DNA of 64,000 nucleotides from an uncultured Eubacteriales bacterium (GTDB lineage: Bacteria; Acidobacteriota; Aminicenantia; Aminicenantales; Aminicenantaceae), in assembly GCA_964429695.1 (NCBI GenBank), contig CAYSCS010000079.1:1121-65120 (forward strand), written 5' to 3'. The position numbers and the translations under genes are program-made. Every line of letters starts with the position of its first letter. Position 1 is the stretch's first letter. Under the pieces are notes generated by a model, which saw only the letters and a program-made list of their open reading frames with translations, was not told where the DNA came from and did not search any database. Below are positions 49,052 through 58,970 of the stretch, piece after piece.

Positions 49052-49140
49052 ATGTTGATGGAAGAAGGAATTAAAGGTTTTTCTTCTGGATGGGAAGTTT
49101 TGCTTTTTATCTCTCGAAAATTAGTTTTTAAGCTTTAAGG

Positions 49141-49169
49141 TTGAATTTTATATCTATATGTAATATAAA
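49141..49169 (+). promoter_or_regulatory. Possible internal promoter for the export/assembly module
   Basis: TTGAAT(49141-49146)-17 bp-TATAAA(49164-49169) in a 190-bp AT-rich gap. Confidence 0.45.
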
Positions 49170-49239
49170 AAATTAATAGAGAAAGGGAAAGGAAGGTTAA
49201 TCTCTAATTCTCCCTTTAGAAATTGAAAAGGATGACGAT

Positions 49240-50403
49240 ATGTATGATGTAATCATCATAGGTGCTGGACCAAGCGGACTTAACTCTGCAAGGAGATTGG
49301 CCAAAAAGGGGCTGGATATTTTAGTTTTAGAAAAAAAGGAAAAAATAGGGAGTCATGTTGTTTGCACTGGAATCGTGAGTGTTGACGCTTTCACTGAATT
49401 TGGCCTTTCTCCAAGTTCCATCTTGTTACCAATAGACAAGATAAAGTGGGTCTCACCAAGAGGTAATGAGCTTTTGTATGAACACCCGCGGCCTTTTGCT
49501 TATGTGGTTGATAGAGAGAAATTTGATAAGAACCTTTATGAAGAAGCGAAGCTTTTGGGAGTGGATGTTATTCTTCACAGTGAAGTTGTGGATATCGTTT
49601 ATAGAGATGGTTATCTAGAAGTGGAGGTTATGAGAGAAAAAAAGTATAAACAAAAATTCCGTGCTCAAATAGTAATAATTGCTTCGGGTATAGATTATCG
49701 TTTGAATAAAAAGCTAGGACTTGGTATCCCGAGAAATTTTCTTTACGCTGTCCAGGCAGAGCTCAATCTCGAAGAGTTTGTTTTTCCCCATGTCTTTGTG
49801 GGAAGGGAGATCGCCAAGGGCGCCTTTGCTTGGGCTGTGCCAATAAAAAATTCTATGGTAAGAATTGGTTTGATGACAGAGGAAAATTCAAAGGAGTGTT
49901 TTAAGAGGCTGCTGAAAAAATATTTTCCGTTTGAGGTAAATAATCTAGATAAAGCCAACATTCAATATAAAACAATTGCCCAAGGAATAGTGTCTCCCAC
50001 ATACGGAAGGAGAGTCTTGAGCGTAGGAGAAGCGGCGGCTCAAGTTAAGACGACGACGGGAGGAGGAATCTATTTCGGTCTTCTTTGTTCAGAAATTGCT
50101 TCTCAGGTTGTGAATAGATTGTTTGAGATTGGTAATTTTGAGAAAAGCGAACTGAGTGAATATGAGAGGTTGTGGAAAAAAGCTATCCAGAAAGAAATAA
50201 TTGTAGGCTATTATACAAGAAAGATTTGCGGGAAATTCAGTGATAATCAGATTGACAAGATGTTTAAAATTGCCCAGAGTGACGGTGTCATTCCTCTAAT
50301 AAAAGAAAGAGGTGATTTTGACTGGCACAGTGGTCTACTTTTAACTTTGATGAAGAGAATCCCTGTTTTTCAAATGATAAAGACCTGTTTCGAAAGAGAA
50401 TAA
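49240..50403 (+). CDS. Geranylgeranyl reductase family FAD oxidoreductase
   Basis: DVIIIGAGPSG, C.G.VS, DRE.FD, GAFAWAVP (PxxYxWxFP-like), VGEAAAQVK..TGGGIY. Confidence 0.85.
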   Translation: MYDVIIIGAGPSGLNSARRLAKKGLDILVLEKKEKIGSHVVCTGIVSVDAFTEFGLSPSSILLPIDKIKWVSPRGNELLYEHPRPFAYVVDREKFDKNLYEEAKLLGVDVILHSEVVDIVYRDGYLEVEVMREKKYKQKFRAQIVIIASGIDYRLNKKLGLGIPRNFLYAVQAELNLEEFVFPHVFVGREIAKGAFAWAVPIKNSMVRIGLMTEENSKECFKRLLKKYFPFEVNNLDKANIQYKTIAQGIVSPTYGRRVLSVGEAAAQVKTTTGGGIYFGLLCSEIASQVVNRLFEIGNFEKSELSEYERLWKKAIQKEIIVGYYTRKICGKFSDNQIDKMFKIAQSDGVIPLIKERGDFDWHSGLLLTLMKRIPVFQMIKTCFERE

Positions 50404-50421
50404 AAAGAGTAAATCCCCAAG

Positions 50422-51690
50422 ATGAAAAAAAGTAAATTAAGTATTTTCGTCTTTATGTTTTTATCTTTTATGACTTCAAGTTACATTTGTGCGCAAAGTT
50501 ATCGAGCATTTAGAGCCGATGTAAGCCAAATTTTAGAAAGGGCAAGATGGCAAATAGGCCCTTTTCGTGTTCATCCAGGCATAGAACTTAGAGACATTGG
50601 ATACGATGATAATGTATATTTAGAGCCAGAGGATAGAGAGCCAGTCTCTGACTATACTGGCACATTTTCCGGCTATCTCAACGTTTACATGCTTTACAAG
50701 AATTGGCTCATATTTTCACTCTCAGAAAATCCTGAGTATGTTTATTTTATATCCGAAAAAAATCAGAGGGCATTCAATAACAGCTTAAGTCCTGGTCTGA
50801 GGGTTCTTTTGTTCCAGCGCTTTGTTCTAAGCGGAAATTATAGTTTTCGAAGAGCTAAAAGAAGAGCATCAAGTGAATTTGAAATCCCTGCCACCGAAGA
50901 GTTTGAAGCTTATCACGGTAGTTTTTTTTATGAAAGCCCCAGATTGACTTCCGTAGGTATTTCCTGGTCATCTGAAAAAATAAATTATGAAGATATAATT
51001 CCTCCTGGGTGGGACATTGAGCTTTCTAAGGCTTTGAATCGGACCACAAAGACAATTCATTTTGAAATTTATTATATGGTCTTCTCTCAGAGTTTTTTAT
51101 TTTTTTCCCTGGGTTATTCAGGCTTTGAATTTGAAAATGTTGAATCGAGATGGAGAGATTCTTATTCTTATGACGCTCTGACCGGGATTCGATTTCCGCT
51201 TTTGGGAAGAGCAAGAGGAACCATTTCTTTGGGCTACAGGAGGCTAGTCCCGAGACAAAAGTCTCTTCAGAGGTTTACAGGAATGATCGGGAATACAAGT
51301 TTTGATTTTAGAACTGGCAGATTTGCTTTTCGTCTTCGATATAATAGGGATTTTCAGTTTTCATTCGCCAGAGGAAACGCTTATTTTGTGGAAAATAATT
51401 TTGGAGTGGGATTATCTTTTTATCTAAGTCATTTTCTTAGATTAGATTATGATTTTAATTTGGGAATAAATAATTATCCTGAGCTTTTCTCTCTCATTAG
51501 ACCTGATGGAAGGTTAGTTGAAATAAAGAGAAGGGACACGTTCGAAATCCATGCTTCAGGCTTAGTTTTCAGGGTATTCAGGAATATAGGCATCGGTATG
51601 GTATTAAATTTCTGGCAAAGAGAATCTAACTATCTGCTTGAACCGAGAGAGAGATGGTTTTTGGGAGGCCGCATTGGCTATGAATTTTGA
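50422..51690 (+). CDS. Outer-membrane beta-barrel (Wzp/EpsX/VpsM-like polysaccharide export barrel)
   Basis: Signal peptide, GYDDNV motif, alternating aromatic strands, BAM-type C-terminal IGYEF; adjacent to wzc. Confidence 0.75.
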   Translation: MKKSKLSIFVFMFLSFMTSSYICAQSYRAFRADVSQILERARWQIGPFRVHPGIELRDIGYDDNVYLEPEDREPVSDYTGTFSGYLNVYMLYKNWLIFSLSENPEYVYFISEKNQRAFNNSLSPGLRVLLFQRFVLSGNYSFRRAKRRASSEFEIPATEEFEAYHGSFFYESPRLTSVGISWSSEKINYEDIIPPGWDIELSKALNRTTKTIHFEIYYMVFSQSFLFFSLGYSGFEFENVESRWRDSYSYDALTGIRFPLLGRARGTISLGYRRLVPRQKSLQRFTGMIGNTSFDFRTGRFAFRLRYNRDFQFSFARGNAYFVENNFGVGLSFYLSHFLRLDYDFNLGINNYPELFSLIRPDGRLVEIKRRDTFEIHASGLVFRVFRNIGIGMVLNFWQRESNYLLEPRERWFLGGRIGYEF

Positions 51691-51725
51691 ATTTAACTCA
51701 ATTTATTTAATATATTTAGATAGGG

Positions 51726-54005
51726 ATGAAAATGAATGAGCTACAGAAGAAGCATGAAATTGATTTGATCCAATATTGGGGAATGATTATCAAGCGAAAA
51801 TGGGTCATTCTAACCTTCACGGGAATGCTTGTCTTTTTTACAGGAATTTTTTCTTTTCTCGCTACACCCATCTATAAATCAACAGTGACATTATTGATAG
51901 AAGAAGAATCCTCCAAAATGTTGAGCATTGATGAGGCTTTTGGGTTCCAGTCTTCTGTAATTCAAGATTTGAGATTCTTTAATACCCAGCTTAAGCTTTT
52001 GAAAAGCAAATCGCTGGCAGAGAGAGTTGCAAAGAGAATGAACCTTCTAGCAAGAAAGGAATTGAGTTCAGGAAATTCCGGGAAGAGCTTGACCGGATTG
52101 ATCAAGGATTTCGCTACCCTAAAATGGCTGAAATCAAGAAAGGCAGATGAGGGAAGAGAGTTAAAACCTGTTCCTAGGGCGGATGCATATTCAAGTATTG
52201 CAGAATCCATAAGGTATAAAATTGAAGTAAGACCCCTCCGAGACACTAAATTGGTTGAGGTAAGCTATTCTTCCCCTGATCCAATACTGGCTGCAGACCT
52301 AATCAACACCCTTGCGGAGGAGTTTATTGATTTCTCGATAGAGAAACGCTTTGAGACCACTCAACAGGCCTCAAACTTTTTAAACGAGCAGATTTCAAAT
52401 CTTCAGGAGGAATTGGTTGCCAAACAGAAGGAACTCCAGAGATACGGTCAAGAAAAGGAGATTTTCTTTTTGAGTGATGCCGAAAGTACAGCCGTAAATA
52501 AATTTGCAAGTTTGAACGCTGCCTATACTCAAGCTCAGATTAACAGAATCAACGCAGAAGCAACTTATCGGGAGCTTAGAGATCTTGATGTAGAATCCCT
52601 GCCTCAATTTGTAAATAACCCTGTGATTCAACAGTTCAAGACTGAATATTCGAGAATGAAAAATGATTATGAGGAGAAGAGTAAAATTTTTAAACCAGAT
52701 TATCCTGAGATGATTCAGCTCAGGGCAAAGCTGGAGAGCATGAAAGAAGAGCTCAAGAACGAAATCAGGAAAGCGGTGGAGGCTGCAGAGACAGAATATA
52801 GGTCAGCCTTGAATAGAGAACAATCCTTATTGAGATTGCTCGAACAGCAAAGGAGTGATGTGGTGCGCATGGACTCCAATGCAATCCTATATAACAGCCT
52901 GAAGATTGAAGTGGAGAATATGAGGAGGCTTCTAAATTCTCTTGTAGAGAGGAGGAATGAGACTTTGGTCTCAGCGAGACTGGAGGGGTTTAAAACAAGC
53001 AATATTACCATTATCGACAGGGCAGAGGTACCTAAAAAGCCAGTTTCCCCCAAGAAAAAGTTGAATTTAATCTTGGCTTTTTTGATTGGATTGTTTGGGG
53101 GAGTGGGACTCTGTTTTGTTCTTGAATATTTAGATAATACTATCAAAGGTCCAGAAGATGTAGAAAAACTGGTGGGTTTACCTTCGTTGGGAATAATTCC
53201 CTACCTCCCTTCTGATGAAGAAGGAGAGAGAAAGACAGGTAGTAAACATTATGGCTATTCCTATGGAGAAAAAAGCGAGAAGAAAGATGAGGCCGTAGAA
53301 GTGAAGAGAATTGAACTTGTGAATCATCTCTACCCCAACCTTTCTATCTCTGAAGATTATAAAACAGTGAGAACTTCCATCCTCCTCTCTCATGCTGATA
53401 ACCCTCCCAAGACTTTGCTTTTTACAAGCTCATTACCCCGAGAAGGAAAAACTGTAACAGTGGTTAACATGGCTGTCTCTTTCTCTCAACTGGATGAAAA
53501 GGTTCTCGTAGTGGATGCAGACTTGAGGAAACCTAGGCTTCATAGAATATTTAAAGCCAGAAACACGGGAGGATTGAGTAGTTATCTTACAGGAAAGCTT
53601 TCTCTTAAAGATATAATTTTAAAAACTTCAATCCCTAACATCTGGCTCCTTCCAAGTGGACCAATACCTCCAAACCCTGCGGAGCTTCTAAATTCGAAGA
53701 AAATGAAAGAAATGCTCGAGGAAATAAAAAAAGGATACGATATTATTCTTATCGACACTCCTCCTGTTCTTGCCGTGATTGATACTCTGATTGTCTCAAA
53801 TCTTGTGGATTGTATAGTCTTTATCATTAAAGCAGGGAAGACGACTAAAAAACCATTCAGGAACTCAATCGAGGAGCTAAGAAGGGCAAAGTCCAAAATT
53901 ATTGGAGTTGTCTTCAATGAATTAAAGGTTAAGAAGGGAGATTACTATTTCATGAATTATTATCGATATCATCAATACAACCATTATGGAAATGAGGAGG
54001 GATGA
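51726..54005 (+). CDS. wzc: Wzc polysaccharide co-polymerase / BY-kinase
   Basis: Two TM segments flanking a coiled coil, PVSPKK, Walker A SLPREGKT, DADLRKP, IDTPP, C-terminal Tyr cluster. Confidence 0.93.
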   Translation: MKMNELQKKHEIDLIQYWGMIIKRKWVILTFTGMLVFFTGIFSFLATPIYKSTVTLLIEEESSKMLSIDEAFGFQSSVIQDLRFFNTQLKLLKSKSLAERVAKRMNLLARKELSSGNSGKSLTGLIKDFATLKWLKSRKADEGRELKPVPRADAYSSIAESIRYKIEVRPLRDTKLVEVSYSSPDPILAADLINTLAEEFIDFSIEKRFETTQQASNFLNEQISNLQEELVAKQKELQRYGQEKEIFFLSDAESTAVNKFASLNAAYTQAQINRINAEATYRELRDLDVESLPQFVNNPVIQQFKTEYSRMKNDYEEKSKIFKPDYPEMIQLRAKLESMKEELKNEIRKAVEAAETEYRSALNREQSLLRLLEQQRSDVVRMDSNAILYNSLKIEVENMRRLLNSLVERRNETLVSARLEGFKTSNITIIDRAEVPKKPVSPKKKLNLILAFLIGLFGGVGLCFVLEYLDNTIKGPEDVEKLVGLPSLGIIPYLPSDEEGERKTGSKHYGYSYGEKSEKKDEAVEVKRIELVNHLYPNLSISEDYKTVRTSILLSHADNPPKTLLFTSSLPREGKTVTVVNMAVSFSQLDEKVLVVDADLRKPRLHRIFKARNTGGLSSYLTGKLSLKDIILKTSIPNIWLLPSGPIPPNPAELLNSKKMKEMLEEIKKGYDIILIDTPPVLAVIDTLIVSNLVDCIVFIIKAGKTTKKPFRNSIEELRRAKSKIIGVVFNELKVKKGDYYFMNYYRYHQYNHYGNEEG

Positions 54006-54112
54006 ATAAAATAGAAAAATTTTTATATTGATTAGGGAAAGAAGGATTAAGAAAAGAAGGAGCTTGAAGAGGGAAGGAGCAGAGAAGGGAAGAATCAGAA
54101 TGAGCAACTTCA

Positions 54113-55531
54113 ATGGAAAAAGTAGGCTTAAAAAGAGATAGAATCATCTACTCAATCATCGAATTTGGCATATTGGGGTTACTTGTTTTCAGCCCATTGC
54201 CTGCAGGCTCAGTGCCTGAGTGGTCGGTGCTCGTGATTGAGTTAACCGCGATTATTCTTCTTTTATTCTTTTTTTTAATAAAAGAGAAACCATTACCAGA
54301 TAAAATCTTCCCTCAATTCATGAAATGGCCCAAATATTTTTTCTCTTCCTTTTTAATCCTTATTTTTCTCCAGATAATGCCCCTTCCTACGTTCCTAGTG
54401 AAAATAATTTCTCCTAGTGTTTATTCCTTCAAAGCATCATTTTCTCCAGCATCTTCAGTGACAAAATTTATGACCCTTTCGATTATACCTTCCCATACCC
54501 TAAAACTGGGACTTGAGATAATTTCATACTTCATAATCGGTTATCTCATTTTGAAAACCACTTCTAAAAAGACTCAGATCTTGAGAATCATTTATGTTTC
54601 AATTGCGATGGGAATGTTTGAGGCATTTTACGGGTTATTTGAGCTTTATAATAAAAATCCACGAATTTTATTCTATAGAAAAATTTATCATTTAGATTCT
54701 GTTACAGGAACCTTCGTCAATCGCAATCATTTTTCAGGTTACTTGGAGATGATTATTCCCCTTGTGATTGGAATCATTTTAGCAAGAATCTATATTTTTT
54801 CATTTCCGGGATTAAATTGGAGAGAAAAGGTTCATTTAATTTCTGAAAAGGGGATATCGAAAAACATTGTTTTGAGTTGCGGCGTTATCCTGATGTCTAT
54901 TTCTGTGTTGTTCTCAAAGTCTCGTTCCGGAGTTTTCATTCTAATCTTGTGCTTTATTCTTTTCTTTGGGCTGATTAGCGTCTATTTTGGAGTTTCTACT
55001 TCCCAGAAAAGATGGATAAGGAATTTTATTTTGATTTTATTTTTATTCATATTAATCATTTCTATTTACACTGGAATTGACGCTACAATTGAGAGATTTG
55101 CATTGGATAATCTCCTTAAAGAGGGGAGACCTGTTTTTTGGGGAAATTCTCTAAGGATATTTTCCGAGTATCCGATTTTTGGGACAGGACTAGGAACCTT
55201 TCCTTCCCTTTATCCTGATATTATGGAAGATGGAAAGCTGATAAGAATATATCATGCCCACAATGACTTCCTGGAATACTTATGTGAAACAGGAATATTG
55301 GGATTTATTTTTCTCTTCGGGGGAGTTTTCATTATGCTGATAAAAAATTTCATCCTTTGGCAGAAGAGAAGACATCCTGAAGTTAAAGGGCTTGCTCTTG
55401 GAGGGATAATTGCCAGCTTGAGTATTCTGATTCACAGCCTGACTGATTTCAATCTTCATATACCCGCTAATATACTTCTTTTCTCTATTATCCTGTCTCT
55501 CACTACAGTTATTGTTCATTATAAAAAATAA
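54113..55531 (+). CDS. O-antigen ligase / O-oligosaccharyltransferase family (Wzy_C)
   Basis: GTFVNRNHFSGYL, SKSRSG, R..FW, PIFGTGLGTF, HAHNDFLE..ETG.LG, HSLTDFNLHIPAN. Confidence 0.85.
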   Translation: MEKVGLKRDRIIYSIIEFGILGLLVFSPLPAGSVPEWSVLVIELTAIILLLFFFLIKEKPLPDKIFPQFMKWPKYFFSSFLILIFLQIMPLPTFLVKIISPSVYSFKASFSPASSVTKFMTLSIIPSHTLKLGLEIISYFIIGYLILKTTSKKTQILRIIYVSIAMGMFEAFYGLFELYNKNPRILFYRKIYHLDSVTGTFVNRNHFSGYLEMIIPLVIGIILARIYIFSFPGLNWREKVHLISEKGISKNIVLSCGVILMSISVLFSKSRSGVFILILCFILFFGLISVYFGVSTSQKRWIRNFILILFLFILIISIYTGIDATIERFALDNLLKEGRPVFWGNSLRIFSEYPIFGTGLGTFPSLYPDIMEDGKLIRIYHAHNDFLEYLCETGILGFIFLFGGVFIMLIKNFILWQKRRHPEVKGLALGGIIASLSILIHSLTDFNLHIPANILLFSIILSLTTVIVHYKK

Positions 55532-55597
55532 AGTTAAAAGAAAGAATAAAAAACTAGAGGCAAAAAGGAAAATAAATTTTTAAAGCTAAGAAATAAG

Positions 55598-57283
55598 ATG
55601 AGAAGAGGGAAAAAGATTTTATGGGTAGTGTTCATTTCTTTTATACTTTTTCTAGATGTCTTAATTTGTATAAATATTTACTTTTTTCGTAGCGCAGAAA
55701 AAGAGAAAAACGCGGAAAAAAAAATAAGAATTCTGGAGAAGGCCAATAAATTTTACCCCCTAAACGACCTAATTTATTGGGAGATTGGAAAGAATTACTA
55801 TGAATTAGGCTTAGAGAAACTTGAAGATAGGATAAGAGGCGAACAGTATTTTTCTAAATCTATTCATAATTTTAGAAAGTCAATAAAGCTTAATCCTGCA
55901 TCTTATTTTGTGCACTTCAATCTTGCCCATGCTTTGTTTTATAGAAGCATCCTAAATCCCTCTTTAAAGGATGATTTCTTGGAAGAATATAAAAAAACGA
56001 TTCTTCTTGCCGGACAAAATGATGAGATATATTACGAAGTAGGAAAATTTTTGTTTTCACAATGGCCAAAGCTTTCTGAAGACGATAGGAAGTTTACCTT
56101 AGATGTATGTAAAAGAATCGACTTCCTGAGGGAAAGAGAAAGGCTTCGCACCTTTCTGAATATTTGGGATTTGAACATTAAGGATTATAAAGTTATTAGG
56201 AAAATCATTCCCGAAAGCCCTCAAGTTTACCGGGAGTACGCGCAATTTCTTGGGGAGAAAGCACTTTCTCTCAAGGAGAGACAGGAAATTCTTGCTCTTG
56301 CAGATTTCCTCGAGTTTGAAAAGGCTAAAAAAGATTTTCAATTGGGGGAAAAAGAATTCTACTACTATCGATATAAAAAGGCAGGGGCTTATTTTGATTC
56401 GTGTCTTAAGAGGTTGGAAAGAATAAAATTTTATCAAAAGCTTACTCATCAAAGCTTAATCTCTTTGGCAGAATTCAATGAGATTCGCAAGTTCTCTCTT
56501 CTTAATCTTGCTAAATGCCGCATTGAAGAAGGAGATGATTTTCAAGGTGTTGAAAACCTTTTGAGAAGATTTCTCTGGCATGAAGAAAAGGTTGGGGAGA
56601 TTAATAAGCTTGAAGATTATCTTATCAGGCGTGGATTGTTAAACGAAGATTTGACCTCAGACTTTGAAGACTTAAATAAACTATCTTTCAAGCTTTTCCT
56701 TTATTTCAAGCAAAGTCGATATACAGATATCCTCAAAGCAGGGAATATTTTTCAGAGGAGCTTTTACCTGATTTCCGAAGATAGAAAAGGGAAGATTGTT
56801 GAGGTTTTGACTTATTTTGGTGATTCTTGTCAAAAGATGGATAGACTCTTCGATGCAGAAGAATTTTATAAAAAAGCTCTTGAGCTTGAGCCAGACAACC
56901 TTGAAGTATTATTGAGGATTCGTAAAACCTATGAGAGATTGAATGAAGAGATGAAAATAAAAGAAGTCGAGAGAAGAATAGAAAAAATTCTTACCCCTAA
57001 AGAAGCATTTTCGGGAGATTCTATGATATACAGAGGGAAGGTGTTTAATTTTAGGCTGATGCTTGATGGTCGCAGGGGAACCCTGAATTTGCAATTCAAA
57101 GAAGACTGTTGTAGAGATATGACTCCTGTGATAACCGTTTTCTTCAATGGAGAAATAATTTGGGAGGATAGCCTCAAGGCACCTTTTCTTTCAGTCTCTT
57201 TCGATTCAAATATAGGCATGAATACTGTGGAGGTTGAATCTTTGGGATTTCCAGTTTCACTTTTGAAATTGACTTATGAATGA
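55598..57283 (+). CDS. Membrane-anchored TPR protein
   Basis: N-terminal TM; TPR-like IKLNPASYFVHFNLA and AEEFYKKALELEPDNLEVL; small beta-rich C-terminal domain. Confidence 0.7.
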   Translation: MRRGKKILWVVFISFILFLDVLICINIYFFRSAEKEKNAEKKIRILEKANKFYPLNDLIYWEIGKNYYELGLEKLEDRIRGEQYFSKSIHNFRKSIKLNPASYFVHFNLAHALFYRSILNPSLKDDFLEEYKKTILLAGQNDEIYYEVGKFLFSQWPKLSEDDRKFTLDVCKRIDFLRERERLRTFLNIWDLNIKDYKVIRKIIPESPQVYREYAQFLGEKALSLKERQEILALADFLEFEKAKKDFQLGEKEFYYYRYKKAGAYFDSCLKRLERIKFYQKLTHQSLISLAEFNEIRKFSLLNLAKCRIEEGDDFQGVENLLRRFLWHEEKVGEINKLEDYLIRRGLLNEDLTSDFEDLNKLSFKLFLYFKQSRYTDILKAGNIFQRSFYLISEDRKGKIVEVLTYFGDSCQKMDRLFDAEEFYKKALELEPDNLEVLLRIRKTYERLNEEMKIKEVERRIEKILTPKEAFSGDSMIYRGKVFNFRLMLDGRRGTLNLQFKEDCCRDMTPVITVFFNGEIIWEDSLKAPFLSVSFDSNIGMNTVEVESLGFPVSLLKLTYE

Positions 57284-57316
57284 ACTCAGTCTCTATTTTT
57301 TAAATAAAATTTTATT

Positions 57317-57958
57317 ATGAATTTATTCTGGGAAATGAGAAAAGTAACCTTTTATTTTTTTAAAAGGCTCTTTGATATGATAGTTTCCTCTCTGGGATTT
57401 TGTATTTCTCTTCCCTTATGGATTATTTTTTGTGCGCTAATCTGGATTGAAGATCAGGGTCCTATTTTTTATACGCAGGAGCGAGTAGGTAAAGATGGAA
57501 AGATCTTTCGTGCCCTGAAATTTCGCTCGATGATAAAGAATGCCGAGAATGGGCTTCCTGTTCAGGCTATAGAAAATGACCCTAGGATCACAAGAATAGG
57601 GAGATTTTTAAGGGCGACCGCAATGGACGAATTGCCTCAATTGATTAACATCTTTAAAGGAGAGATGAGTTTTGTTGGCCCAAGGGCTTTAAGGCCAAAG
57701 GAAAGAGAGGTCTTCGGCAATTCTGAAGTGACAGAACTTAGAAATATTTTGGGATACAAAGAGAGGCATAGAGTAAGACCAGGGCTTACTGGGTATGCTC
57801 AAGTTTATCTTCCTCCCGATGCTCCTAGCCTTGAAAAATTTAAATATGATTTAATTTACATTGAAAAAATGAGCTTTCTTTTAGATTTGAAGCTCATCTT
57901 GTTTTCTTTCTGGATTTCATTCAGAGGGAAATGGCAGTCGAGAAGAAAAAAAATATAG
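57317..57958 (+). CDS. Priming phosphoglycosyltransferase (bacterial sugar transferase, short form)
   Basis: KRLFD, GPIFY.QERVG, KFRSM, DPRITRIG, DELPQL, MSFVGPR, RPGLTGYAQV. Confidence 0.92.
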   Translation: MNLFWEMRKVTFYFFKRLFDMIVSSLGFCISLPLWIIFCALIWIEDQGPIFYTQERVGKDGKIFRALKFRSMIKNAENGLPVQAIENDPRITRIGRFLRATAMDELPQLINIFKGEMSFVGPRALRPKEREVFGNSEVTELRNILGYKERHRVRPGLTGYAQVYLPPDAPSLEKFKYDLIYIEKMSFLLDLKLILFSFWISFRGKWQSRRKKI

Positions 57959-58074
57959 ATTAAATTATGACTCATTAAAAATAAAGGCTCAAGTGATTGA
58001 AGAGAGAGTGTAGTTTAGAGCTTTAAAATGAGACGAGAAGGCTTAAGATATGATTAAATCAAGGAGATTTTTTC

Positions 58075-58917
58075 ATGATTAGGATTCCAGTTACTATATT
58101 TATGATAATTTTCTTCAATCCCTTCTTTTTTTCTCTCCATCAGGAAGCCCCATCAACTGAATATAGAATAGGGCCAAAGGACCTTTTAGACATCAATGTC
58201 TTTGGTGTCGGGGAGCTAAATGTAACTGTCAGAGTCTCAGAAGAAGGGAGAATAACTCTTCCCCTTCTAGGTGAGGTTGAGGTAGAAGGTTTAACTAAGA
58301 GCGAGGTGGAAAGAAAAATTAGTTCACTGCTTGAGGAGAAATATCTCCAGAATCCTCAAGTTACGATCTTCATTCGTGAGTATCAGAGTAAAAGGGTATC
58401 TGTTTTGGGTGCGGTGAGGAGCCCGGGGACATATGAACTCTTGGGCCGACAGACCCTGCTTCAAATCATTTCCCAGGCAGGCGGTTTAACCCCTGAAGCA
58501 GGAGAAGAAATTATAATTATTCGCCAGCTTTCTAATGGAAATAATACCTCACTAAAGATTTCAATTGAAGATTTAATTTTAAAGGGAGATGCAAAGCTAA
58601 ATATTCCTCTTCAACCTAATGATATTATTAATATCCCCATTGATCAGGTAGTAAGAATTTATATCTTCGGTCAGGTTAGGAATCCAGGAGCTCTGGAAGT
58701 GAGAAGGTCCAATATTCCAACCTTGCTCAGAGCAATTGCTCAAGCAGGGGGGTTTGCTGAGAGAGCCTCAAAAGGAAGTGTCATAATCCGCAGAAGGGCT
58801 GAAGATGGGAAGGAGATTGAGATAAGGGTCAATGTAAAGGATATCCTGAAGGGGAAGAAAAAAGATATTCAACTCCAGGAGAATGATGTAATTTTCGTTC
58901 CTGAAACAATTTTTTGA
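58075..58917 (+). CDS. wza: Wza/OPX polysaccharide export protein (Poly_export plus SLBB)
   Basis: YRIGPKDLL, G.ITLPLLGEV.V.GLT, GAVRSPG, GQVRNPG, AGG repeats; no lipobox Cys. Confidence 0.88.
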   Translation: MIRIPVTIFMIIFFNPFFFSLHQEAPSTEYRIGPKDLLDINVFGVGELNVTVRVSEEGRITLPLLGEVEVEGLTKSEVERKISSLLEEKYLQNPQVTIFIREYQSKRVSVLGAVRSPGTYELLGRQTLLQIISQAGGLTPEAGEEIIIIRQLSNGNNTSLKISIEDLILKGDAKLNIPLQPNDIINIPIDQVVRIYIFGQVRNPGALEVRRSNIPTLLRAIAQAGGFAERASKGSVIIRRRAEDGKEIEIRVNVKDILKGKKKDIQLQENDVIFVPETIF

Positions 58918-58970
58918 TTTACAATGGTCTTTCAAAGTAAGATAAAGTGAGCATAGATTTAGCATAAATT

